Origin: Nitrososphaera viennensis EN76
Lineage (GTDB): Archaea; Thermoproteota; Nitrososphaeria; Nitrososphaerales; Nitrososphaeraceae
NCBI RefSeq assembly: GCF_000698785.1
Contig: NZ_CP007536.1
Location: forward strand, 1,500,001 to 1,532,000
Direction of reading: 5' to 3'
DNA: 32,000 nt
Part shown: piece after piece, positions 8,746 to 17,114 of the stretch
Layout: each line of letters starts with the position of its first letter
Position numbering within the stretch: the first letter of the stretch is position 1
Translations under genes and position numbers: made by a program
The notes under the pieces: generated by a model
Told to the model about the DNA's origin: nothing
Seen by the model: only the letters and a program-made list of their open reading frames with translations
Databases searched by the model: none

Positions 8746-9333
8746 ATGTGGACAAAAGACGAGCGCAAGGCCACGGACGGCCTCGCAAATATCCTGGGGT
8801 CCAGGCCCTCGGGACGGGCTTTTACGCCACGCAAAAAGAAGAGGCGAGCGCCGGTTTCGATTATCGACCTGTCCATAATGGATGCCTTGGTAGACGATCC
8901 CAAGTTGCCATTTGGCGAACTTGTAAAATCCACGGGGCTGAGTCCAAAGACTGTACGCAAGCACCTTGAGCTGCTCTTAGAGACGAAAACGATTTCCATC
9001 GAGCCAAGTCTAGGGGCACTGACGGATTCCGGCAAATTGATATATCAGCTGCTGGTCGCCGGGAGGGTCGGCATGAGCGAAGTGCGAAGGACAATAGGCG
9101 AGACTGCCCTGACGCACCACACCCAGGAACCGCCGACGAAGTACATGCTCCGCATGGGAAGCTCGCTGGCCGATGTGATGACAAAGACCCGCGTGCTGGA
9201 AAAGGTCCAGGGAGTCGAGTCTGTCACGATTTCTTTGAACCGGGAGGTGCTGGTCTCTACGGACCTCAGGCACTCCCTAATCAGGAAGGAAATTCACAAG
9301 CTGGAAAAGGAACGAAGAGCAAGGTTAAATTAA
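8746..9333 (+). CDS. Lrp/AsnC-type winged-HTH transcriptional regulator
   Basis: HTH segment IIDLSIMDALVDDPKLPFGELVKSTGLSPKTVRKHLELLLETKTI followed by a RAM/ACT-like beta-alpha-beta region. The first ~20 residues continue the upstream remnant domain. Confidence 0.7.
   Translation: MWTKDERKATDGLANILGSRPSGRAFTPRKKKRRAPVSIIDLSIMDALVDDPKLPFGELVKSTGLSPKTVRKHLELLLETKTISIEPSLGALTDSGKLIYQLLVAGRVGMSEVRRTIGETALTHHTQEPPTKYMLRMGSSLADVMTKTRVLEKVQGVESVTISLNREVLVSTDLRHSLIRKEIHKLEKERRARLN
9325..9333 (+). promoter_or_regulatory. TATA-like box for the 5S rRNA gene
   Basis: TTAAATTAA centred about 23-25 nt upstream of the inferred 5S 5' end. It lies inside the last codons of the Lrp-like gene. Confidence 0.4.
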
Positions 9334-9351
9334 CCCCTTCTTGAAAGAGAG

Positions 9352-9473
9352 GGTAAGCCGGTCATAGCGGCAGGGTGCGACCCGGTCCCATTCCGAACCC
9401 GGAAGTCAAACCTGTCGTCGCTGCTGTGTTACTGATCTGCGTGAGCGGTCGGGAAGCAGCAGTGCTGGCATTA
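9352..9473 (+). rRNA. rrf: 5S ribosomal RNA (stand-alone, no 16S/23S nearby)
   Basis: Contains the conserved 5S core GGTCCCATTCCGAACCCGGAAGTCAAAC. 5' GCCGGT (9357-9362) can pair with 3' GCTGGC (9464-9469) as helix I. Ends are +/- 3 nt. Confidence 0.9.
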
Positions 9474-9484
9474 TCATCATCATA

Positions 9485-10057
9485 TCATACATACTCGTTC
9501 TCCCCAAAGTGCACCTGCTTCATCAGCTTGCGGGCGTGCATCGCCATCCTGTCCAGGATCCCAAACACGGAGGCAAGGCCAGCAGGGTCCCACACCGACG
9601 TTTCAACGACGCAGCAATAGTTGTGCGCCCGGACGTTGATGCGCTTGCACTCTTCCTTCATGATGTTTTTTGCAAGCTCGGCCGAAAGCTCGGCATCTTG
9701 CGCAAGCAGGTTTGAAAGCACGCCTCCGCTCCAGCCCAGGTTCTTTGGCCGGCCGTTATGCAGCTGGAAATACGGGCTTGCGTCCAGCAGGTTGTGGGCG
9801 TTGTCGTCGCTTCCCGACAGCGAGTCGTTTCCGACGAGGCAGTAGACGTTGAAAAACGGGCCCATGCGCACGACCTCCTCTATCCCGATATAGTCTATGT
9901 GGCCGCTTTCCATGGTCACAAAGCCGTCACGGTTTTGCAGCCACCGCTCAAAGTAGGGCCACCTGTCCGGCCTGACGTCTGACCTGGCTCCTTCCTTGCA
10001 CGCGTAGCCAAGAGCCGCAAGGGCCTCCACCAGAGTGTCGACTGCAAAAATAGGCAT
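9485..10057 (-). CDS. hypothetical protein, likely co-transcribed with pepA
   Basis: ORF 9485..10258 trimmed to ATG 10057 (MPIFAVDTLVEALAALGY...), because upstream codons overlap the pepA 3' end. Start lies 8 nt after the pepA stop. No family recognised. Confidence 0.55.
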   Translation of the reverse strand: MPIFAVDTLVEALAALGYACKEGARSDVRPDRWPYFERWLQNRDGFVTMESGHIDYIGIEEVVRMGPFFNVYCLVGNDSLSGSDDNAHNLLDASPYFQLHNGRPKNLGWSGGVLSNLLAQDAELSAELAKNIMKEECKRINVRAHNYCCVVETSVWDPAGLASVFGILDRMAMHARKLMKQVHFGENEYV

Positions 10058-10065
10058 ATTTCTTA

Positions 10066-11619
10066 CTACTGCTGCTGTTGTTGCTGCTGTTGTCCCTGCT
10101 GTGATGATGACGATGATGATGTTGATGGCTTTTCTTCCTCTCCAAGCAGTTTCAAGAGCGTCCTTATGCCAAAGCCCGTGGCGCCCTTTGGGTTGTAGCT
10201 CCTCTCGTAGGTGCCGTCCTGCGTCCACGCCGTGCCGGCGATGTCCATGTGGACCCACGGCGTCCCGGCGACGAAATTGGAGAGAAACGCCGCTGCCGTT
10301 ATCGCGCCTCCGGACCTGCCCCCGACGTTCTTGATGTCAGCGTACGAGCTTTTTATCTGCTCGTGGAACTCGTCGTACAGCGGCAAGTCCCACACCCGCT
10401 CGCCGGCCTTCTCTGCCATCCTGCGCACCCTGTCGGTCAGCTGCTTGTTGTTGCCGACAAGCGCCGCGACGTTGGCGCCAAGCGCGATTATGGCTGCGCC
10501 AGTTAGCGTGGCCATGTCGATGACTGCCTTTGGGCTGTAGGTGGAAATGCCGTACGCCAGCGCATCTGCAAGGATCATGCGCCCCTCGGCGTCGGTATTG
10601 AGCACTTCGACTGTCTTGCCGTTGTACATCCTGATAATGTCGCCGGGCCTGTACGCCGTGCTTGACGGCATGTTTTCCACCGACGGCACGATGCCGACCA
10701 CGTTTACCGCAAGTTTCAGCGAGGCAACGGCGCGCAGTATCGCAAGCACGTTGCAGCCGCCGCACTTGTCAAACTTCATCTCGTCCATCTTGTCTCCCGG
10801 CTTGAGCGATATGCCGCCCGTGTCAAACGTGACTGCCTTTCCCACAAGCAGGTAGGGCTTGGCGTCGCTTGCTGTGGCGCCGTTGTATTCGAGGATTATC
10901 AGTTTGGGCGGGTTGTTGCTCCCCTTGCCCACCGCCACGATTCCCCCCATGTTCATGTTCTCAAGCTCGTACCGGTCGATGACGCGGGCCTTCATGCCAT
11001 ATTCGGCTGCCAGAGAAAGCGCCACCGACGCAAGGTGCGCCGGCGGGCAGTCGTTCGGGGGCAGGTTGCCGAGGTCGCGTGCAAAGTTGACGGCGTCTGC
11101 GACGTGGCTTGCGCGCTCGGCTATCATGGAAAAGCGCGGCGAGTCAGAGTTTATCAGGATCGTGACTTCTTCAACGCGGACGGCGTCCTTGTCCTGCGCC
11201 TTGTACTTGTCAAAGGTGTATAGCGCAAGCGCGATGCCCTCCGTCATCGCCTCCACGAGCCCCTCGTCGAGGTTTGAGAACTGCAGTATAGAAAATTCCT
11301 TTGTGCCAAGGTCCCTTGCACGGTGGGCCGCCTTGCCGGCGCATATCCTTGCCATCTCGTCGGTGAACTTGTCCCGCTTGCCAAGGCCAAGGAGCATAAT
11401 CTTTTTCATCGGGCCCTTGCCCAGCGTGTACGCAACCATGCTGGAGCCAAAAGTCCCGCGGAAATCCTTGTTCTCAAGCGCCTCTTTTATGTACGTCAAA
11501 ACGGACGGGTCAAGCTCTTTGGACTGCGAGAAATCCTGCTCGCCTTCAAACACGCCGATAACCAGAAGCGACGTCTGCTTTTGATCGATCTTGGCCTTTT
11601 CTACCCTGATCTGGACCAT
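10066..11619 (-). CDS. pepA: leucyl aminopeptidase (peptidase M17) with a Ser/Gln homopolymer C-terminal tail
   Basis: M17 signature NTDAEGRMILADAL, VGKAVTFDTGGISLKP and DMATLTGA motifs. The C-terminus ends STSSSSSSQQGQQQQQQQQ. Confidence 0.9.
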   Translation of the reverse strand: MVQIRVEKAKIDQKQTSLLVIGVFEGEQDFSQSKELDPSVLTYIKEALENKDFRGTFGSSMVAYTLGKGPMKKIMLLGLGKRDKFTDEMARICAGKAAHRARDLGTKEFSILQFSNLDEGLVEAMTEGIALALYTFDKYKAQDKDAVRVEEVTILINSDSPRFSMIAERASHVADAVNFARDLGNLPPNDCPPAHLASVALSLAAEYGMKARVIDRYELENMNMGGIVAVGKGSNNPPKLIILEYNGATASDAKPYLLVGKAVTFDTGGISLKPGDKMDEMKFDKCGGCNVLAILRAVASLKLAVNVVGIVPSVENMPSSTAYRPGDIIRMYNGKTVEVLNTDAEGRMILADALAYGISTYSPKAVIDMATLTGAAIIALGANVAALVGNNKQLTDRVRRMAEKAGERVWDLPLYDEFHEQIKSSYADIKNVGGRSGGAITAAAFLSNFVAGTPWVHMDIAGTAWTQDGTYERSYNPKGATGFGIRTLLKLLGEEEKPSTSSSSSSQQGQQQQQQQQ

Positions 11620-11661
11620 GAGGTTGTGTTGCGCCCCGTCGCTATTTTAATAATATGATGA

Positions 11662-12093
11662 CTATGAGGAGGAGGCGAAGGGAAAGGTCGCGCCGTGCGA
11701 CAGCATCCTTGCCAGGCGCTTGAAGACGTTGGTCGGCGTGTAGCACGACATCAACGGGGTGCCGTCGTACTCGCAGGCAGGTGCAGACAACATGTCTATG
11801 TTTTTTCTGCCTCCCCGGAACCATCCTGCAACTATCTCTCTTGCCAGCGGCGGCAGTCCCGAGCGGGCCCCGTGCGCGCCTGACCTGTTGACGAGCCAGA
11901 ACATGCGGGTAGCGTCATAGCCTTTTGGGAATATCATCTCCCTGGCCCTCTTGGCCTCCTCCGAGTGGTAGTGGCCTGCGGTGCGTATCCAGCCCCTTGA
12001 GAGGGCGCTGGCGGTCCTGGCGAACTTGGTGCACGAGTAGCACTTGTCGTCGTATATGAGTAGCGGCCTTGCAAACGTCGATGACAGCGACAA
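11662..12093 (-). CDS. DCC-family thiol-disulfide oxidoreductase (DUF393)
   Basis: N-terminal LIYDDKCYSCTKFA matches the YDGxCxxC motif of the DCC family; the size (143 aa) fits. Confidence 0.6.
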   Translation of the reverse strand: MSLSSTFARPLLIYDDKCYSCTKFARTASALSRGWIRTAGHYHSEEAKRAREMIFPKGYDATRMFWLVNRSGAHGARSGLPPLAREIVAGWFRGGRKNIDMLSAPACEYDGTPLMSCYTPTNVFKRLARMLSHGATFPFASSS

Positions 12094-12229
12094 GCGACAA
12101 GGTACCTTGTACCGCCGGCGTTATAGCCTTTTTTTAGGTAGTAGTAGTGTAGAGGCGCACGGAGCTATGTTTTTATTTCCTCGAAGACTGGTTTCAGCTG
12201 CCGCTTGGGCTGTTGCTGGCAGGGTGACA

Positions 12230-13879
12230 ATGACAATAATGGGATTTGACATGCGCTATCTGGAGCTGAAGAGAAAGGTACGCGAGGTCCGCATGTGGGC
12301 CATCCAGGGGATCGCGGAGGCCGGCTCGGGCCACCCCGGCGCGTCGTTTTCGGCCGCAGAGATAATGAGCACGCTCTACTTCCGCAGGATGAGGCATGAC
12401 CCGAAAGACCCGGCGTGGCAGGAGCGCGACTACTTCATCAATTCAAAGGCTCATTCTGCGCCCGGCTATTACTCGACCCTTGCGGTGGCAGGCTATTTCC
12501 CGCCGGAAGAACTGAAAACGCTGCGCAAGCTGGGATCGCGCCTCCAGGGCCACCCCGTGCGCTACTCGGGGCGCCAGAAGGACCACAGCGTGCCCGGCGT
12601 AGAGTATTCCGGCGGATCGGAGGGCATCGGGCTCTCGGTCGGTGTCGGCATCGCGCTTGCAAGCAAGCTGGACGGCAAGAAAAACCGCGTCTATGTCATG
12701 ATAGGCGACGGCGAGTCAAACGAGGGCCAGATATGGGAGGCCTCGATGGCGGCTGCAAAATTCAAGCTTGACAACCTGGTAGCGGTGCTTGACCGAAACC
12801 GCATCCAGCAGGACGGCTTTACCGAGGACATCATGCCCCTTGACCCGGCAAAGAACAAGTGGGAGGCGTTCAACTGGCAGGTGTTTGAAGTAGACGGCCA
12901 CCGCGTGGAGCAGTTGGTGGACGCGCTGAACAGGGCGTCTCAGGTAAAGGACAAGCCCGTGATGATAGTCGCAAACACGGTCAAGGGAAACGGGATACGC
13001 CACATGGCAAACAACCCGCAGTGGCACGGAAAGGCGCCGTCGAAAAAGCAGACGCCAGTGCTCCTTGAGGAGCTGGAAAGCGAGTACTTCATCGCGCCCT
13101 CCATAATCGCCGGCGAGAAGGAAAACTATGAGGACAAGATACGCAAGGTCGAGCGCGAGGGCGTGGAGATGATACACCTCGACGTCATGGACGGCAAGTT
13201 CGTCCCGAACACGACGTTCCTTGCCGACACGATAAAGCGCCTGAGGCGCGTTACCGTGCTTCCCTTTGACGCGCACCTGATGATAGAAAACCCTCTCGCA
13301 CACATTGACGAGTACATCGACGCGCGCTGCGACGTCATCACGGTCCACGCAGAGGCGTGCAACGAGGACGAGTTTGTGCAGATACAGGACAGGTGCCTGG
13401 CGGCAGGCATCAGCCCCGGAATCGCGATAAACCCCAAGACAGACATACCAGAATGGCTGTACCCACACATTTCAAACGTCGACGTCGTGATAGTCATGTC
13501 GGTCAACCCCGGCTTTGCAGGCCAGAAATTCATGCCAGAGGTGCTTCCAAAGATGGTCGCAGTCAACAAAAAGCTTCGCGAGCACGGCTTTAAAGGCTAC
13601 ATAGAGGCCGACGGAGGTATCGACTCGACAACACTGCCGCAGGTGTACGACGCCGGCGCGCGCATATTTGTCGCCGGCAACGCAGTCTACGGCAACGTCG
13701 ACGTGCACACGGCGGTGATACAGCTGCGCCACAAGGCGGCAGTCGCGCTTGAGAAGAAACTTCTCGACCATGCGACGCGCATCGGGATAAGGGGCGACTG
13801 GATGAAGGCGCGTAAACATATATTGATTCCGTACGCTTCTGAACTTGGGATAGAGGCAGAGCTTCATGCTATTAAGTAG
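12230..13879 (+). CDS. fusion protein: transketolase N-terminal (TPP-binding) subunit + ribulose-phosphate 3-epimerase
   Basis: The TktN part has GSGHPGASFSAAEIMSTLYF and GDGESNEGQIWEA. The C-terminal ~225 aa has Rpe motifs IAPSI..., HLDVMDGKFVPN, DAHLM, MSVNPGFAGQKF and EADGGI. Start is ambiguous (ATG 12167, 12230, 12239 or 12251); the track start at 12044 overlaps the divergent DCC gene. Confidence 0.85.
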   Translation: MTIMGFDMRYLELKRKVREVRMWAIQGIAEAGSGHPGASFSAAEIMSTLYFRRMRHDPKDPAWQERDYFINSKAHSAPGYYSTLAVAGYFPPEELKTLRKLGSRLQGHPVRYSGRQKDHSVPGVEYSGGSEGIGLSVGVGIALASKLDGKKNRVYVMIGDGESNEGQIWEASMAAAKFKLDNLVAVLDRNRIQQDGFTEDIMPLDPAKNKWEAFNWQVFEVDGHRVEQLVDALNRASQVKDKPVMIVANTVKGNGIRHMANNPQWHGKAPSKKQTPVLLEELESEYFIAPSIIAGEKENYEDKIRKVEREGVEMIHLDVMDGKFVPNTTFLADTIKRLRRVTVLPFDAHLMIENPLAHIDEYIDARCDVITVHAEACNEDEFVQIQDRCLAAGISPGIAINPKTDIPEWLYPHISNVDVVIVMSVNPGFAGQKFMPEVLPKMVAVNKKLREHGFKGYIEADGGIDSTTLPQVYDAGARIFVAGNAVYGNVDVHTAVIQLRHKAAVALEKKLLDHATRIGIRGDWMKARKHILIPYASELGIEAELHAIK

Positions 13880-14846
13880 CGAGAAAAAGACGGCAGACAT
13901 GAGGGGCGCGTACGGCGATGCCCTCGTGGAGCTTGGCAAGACCGACTCGCGCATCGTCTGCGTCGGAGGGGACACCACCGACTCGCTCAAGACCAAGAAA
14001 TTTGGCGACAAGTACCCGGAGCGCATGTTCAACGTCGGGATCGCAGAGGCAAACCTCGTCTCGATCGCCGCCGGCCTGGCAATTGCAGGCAAGGTGGCGT
14101 TTGCAAGCACCTATGCGGCTTTTATCCCTGGAAGGGCGGTCGACCAGATCCGAAACACGATATGCTATCCCGCCCTTGACGTCAAGCTGGTCGTGTCGCA
14201 CGGCGGCCTGACAGTAGGCCCGGACGGCGCGTCGCATCAGCAGATTGAAGACCTGAGCACGACTCGCGCCATGCCAAACATGCGCGTCATGGTTCCCGCG
14301 GACGCGGTCGCAGTCAGGCACCTGATAAAGGCGATGGTCGACACTCCGGGCCCCTTTTACATGCGCCTTGCAAGGCCGACCACAGAGCTTGTTTATGCAG
14401 AGTCGACCCCGGCCGACCAGTTCAGGGTCGGCAGGGGCAACGTGCTTGTGGACGGCTCTGACGCGACGATAGTTGCGTGCGGCCTGATGGTCGGAAAGGC
14501 GCTTGAAGCCGCAAATCTCCTAAAGCGCGAGGAGGGCATCTCTGCAAGGGTGGTCGACATGTTCACGATAAAGCCGGTCGATTTTGACCTCGTGGCAAAG
14601 TGCGCCAAGGAAACCGGCGCTATTGCCACCGCCGAAGAGCACAACATCATCGGAGGCCTCGGTGCGGCTGTTTCAGAGGCGGCAGGAGAAACTTATCCGG
14701 TGCCGATAAAGCGCGTCGGCGTGCGCGACACGTTTGGCGAGTCGGCAAGGGACGAGGAGGTCGACACGCTCCTGGAGCAGTACGGCCTGACCGCAACAGA
14801 AATAGCAAAGGCGGTAGTTGAAGCAAGGAGCAGGATGAAAAAATAA
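13866..14846 (+). CDS. transketolase C-terminal (pyrimidine-binding) subunit
   Basis: RGAYGDALVELG, FNVGIAEANLVSIAAGLA and HGGLTVGPDGASHQ motifs. Overlaps the upstream gene by 14 nt. Confidence 0.9.
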   Translation: MLLSSEKKTADMRGAYGDALVELGKTDSRIVCVGGDTTDSLKTKKFGDKYPERMFNVGIAEANLVSIAAGLAIAGKVAFASTYAAFIPGRAVDQIRNTICYPALDVKLVVSHGGLTVGPDGASHQQIEDLSTTRAMPNMRVMVPADAVAVRHLIKAMVDTPGPFYMRLARPTTELVYAESTPADQFRVGRGNVLVDGSDATIVACGLMVGKALEAANLLKREEGISARVVDMFTIKPVDFDLVAKCAKETGAIATAEEHNIIGGLGAAVSEAAGETYPVPIKRVGVRDTFGESARDEEVDTLLEQYGLTATEIAKAVVEARSRMKK

Positions 14847-14847
14847 G

Positions 14848-15513
14848 ATGAAGATCTTTCTTGACACGGCCAACCTCGACTCGATAAAAAAGTACAACGA
14901 CATGGGCCTGGTCGACGGGGTCACCACCAACCCGACGCTTCTGTCAAAGGAGAAGGGAAACCCGGCCGACATCATGCACGAGATCGTGCGCATTGTCAAG
15001 GGCCCGGTGAGCCTCGAGGTCGTCGGGACGACGTACGACAGCATGATGGAAGAGGCGCACAGGCTGAAAAAATACGGCAGAAACGTCGTAGTCAAGATAC
15101 CGATGCTCCCTGACGGCATGAAGGCGGTCAAGAAGCTCAGTGAGGAAGGAATAGAGACAAATGTCACGCTGGTCTTCTCCGCAAACCAGGCAGTCCTTGC
15201 TGCAAAGGCGGGCGCGTCGTACGTCAGCCCGTTCATAGGCAGGCTGGACGACGCGGGGCAGGACGGCATGACCCTGATACGGGAGATAGTGCAGATCTTT
15301 AACAACTACAAGTTCACCACAAACGTGCTCGTCGCAAGCGTGCGCCACCCGATGCACGTGGTGGAGGCAGGCAAGGTTGGTGCCCACGTAGTCACGCTGC
15401 CCCCCGACATACTCGGCAAGATGATGGCCCACCCGCTCACCGACAAGGGGCTTGCCGCGTTTCTTGCAGACTGGGAGAAGGTAAAGAAGGAAAACCCGAA
15501 ACTGTCGCTCTAG
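14848..15513 (+). CDS. tal: transaldolase / fructose-6-phosphate aldolase family (short type 3B)
   Basis: MKIFLDTANLDSIKK...GVTTNPTLL, VVVKIP (Schiff-base Lys context) and SPFIGRLDD. Starts 1 nt after the tktC stop. Confidence 0.9.
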   Translation: MKIFLDTANLDSIKKYNDMGLVDGVTTNPTLLSKEKGNPADIMHEIVRIVKGPVSLEVVGTTYDSMMEEAHRLKKYGRNVVVKIPMLPDGMKAVKKLSEEGIETNVTLVFSANQAVLAAKAGASYVSPFIGRLDDAGQDGMTLIREIVQIFNNYKFTTNVLVASVRHPMHVVEAGKVGAHVVTLPPDILGKMMAHPLTDKGLAAFLADWEKVKKENPKLSL

Positions 15514-17114
15514 GCGCGCAAGAGCTTTATCACTTTTTTCGGCATGTCCTGGAGCCGGCTGACCGACAGGGCCTTTTCATAGTTCAGGTATTTCAGGTTC
15601 TGGCCGATTCCCACCGCGTCGTTGAGGTTGCGCCCGACCCCTATTGCCACCATCTTTATCCCGACCTTGCGGTAGGAAAGCACCATCGCCCTCACGGCGT
15701 CAAAGTCGGACGGCTCGCCGTCGGTCAGGGTCACGAATATGTCCGGCTTGAACGACTTGAGCACCGGCTGCAGGAGCCCGTAGACCTCTGCAAGCGGCGT
15801 CCCACCAACCGCCTTTATCTGCGCGAGCCGGCGGGCGCACACGAGCGACCACTTGACCGTTGGCGGCTTGACCACCCAGCACTTTACCTGCCGGTTCTCG
15901 GTGGAAAACGCGTACACGGCAAACTTCACGCCAAGGTAGCTGAGTGCCTCGCAGAGTGCAACCGTGGCCTGCTTGTATTCAGTCTCCACGTCGGCTATGC
16001 TGCTTGAATGGTCCAGGAGCAGGACGACCTTGGACTTTATCGACAGTTTCACGTCAGAGAGGAAGGGCTTTGGCAGCGATTCCACAATAGTCTCGATGTC
16101 AAGCTCCTCGCCTGTCTCGTCATGGCGCTCGACCCAGCCTGTCTTCCACTCCCTGAACGCGGCCTTGACCTTCTGTATGAGGTCGAGGTCGTAGATTTGC
16201 GTCTCGTCCACGTCCATCCTGTCCGGCACGCTCAGGCCAAAGTTCTCCAGGCTGTCGTAGCCCTTGTTCTCGGTCTTCTTGCTCTCCTTGACGAGCGCCT
16301 CGAACTCGTGCAGCACGTCGCTTCCCTCGTAGATCTCTTTGGACTTTTCCTCGGAATCCTTTTCCCTCTTTTTCGTCCTGACGACCTTCTCTATCTGCTT
16401 CAGCACGTCCTGCTGCGTCAGCGACGCGCCCATCCTGGTGCGGGGCGCAAGGACGGGTATGGAGACAAGCGGGTCAAGCTCCAGCATCTTTATCAGTTTT
16501 GGGATCTGCTGCTCGACCCACTCGGTGCCATAGTTGTTGTCAAGCGCCTCCTTCACCACCTCGTTGGCAAACTCGACGGCTTTCTGCACCTTCTCAAGCT
16601 CGCCCCCGAAAAGCTCGCCCTTTACATAGCCTGTCAGGAAATACTGCGAGAACGCCTCTGCAATCTTGTACCGGCCGTAGATGGTGTTCAAAAGCTGCCG
16701 GGACTGCCACGATATACCCTCGTAAAATATCAGCTCGTTTTCCATGCCCTCCCAGTCGCGGAGGCCCAGTATCTCGACGCGCTTTGTCTCTAGCGTGTTC
16801 AAGAGAAAGCCAAAAGCGTGCTCGTTTGACAGCACCTTGCTTGAATGGCGCATGCGCATCGACTCGTACCAGAGGGCGACGCGCCACTGCCTGTATCTTT
16901 GAAAGTCCGTGCCGACGTAGTAGGCAAGCGCCGGTAGCGTCACCTGGCTCTTGTCCGGCTTGGTCGCCGGCGGCCTGTCCGGCGCAAGCGTGATTATTGT
17001 CCTGTCATTTCCTGACCACCTGCGGGCAAGGAACGTGGCGATGTCCAGGAGGACGTCGTTTCGCATCACGGCTTTTTCAAGCTTGGACATTGTTTTGTCG
17101 TCACTTGTCGCCAA
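15510..17114 (-). CDS. von Willebrand factor A domain protein, NorD/CbbO/CobT-like partner of the adjacent AAA+ ATPase
   Basis: C-terminal VWA with MIDAS VVLLLDHSSSI ... GGTPLAE ... TLTDGEPSD, and a long helical N-terminal region. Its start overlaps the AAA+ gene by 14 nt. Confidence 0.8.
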   Translation of the reverse strand: MATSDDKTMSKLEKAVMRNDVLLDIATFLARRWSGNDRTIITLAPDRPPATKPDKSQVTLPALAYYVGTDFQRYRQWRVALWYESMRMRHSSKVLSNEHAFGFLLNTLETKRVEILGLRDWEGMENELIFYEGISWQSRQLLNTIYGRYKIAEAFSQYFLTGYVKGELFGGELEKVQKAVEFANEVVKEALDNNYGTEWVEQQIPKLIKMLELDPLVSIPVLAPRTRMGASLTQQDVLKQIEKVVRTKKREKDSEEKSKEIYEGSDVLHEFEALVKESKKTENKGYDSLENFGLSVPDRMDVDETQIYDLDLIQKVKAAFREWKTGWVERHDETGEELDIETIVESLPKPFLSDVKLSIKSKVVLLLDHSSSIADVETEYKQATVALCEALSYLGVKFAVYAFSTENRQVKCWVVKPPTVKWSLVCARRLAQIKAVGGTPLAEVYGLLQPVLKSFKPDIFVTLTDGEPSDFDAVRAMVLSYRKVGIKMVAIGVGRNLNDAVGIGQNLKYLNYEKALSVSRLQDMPKKVIKLLRA

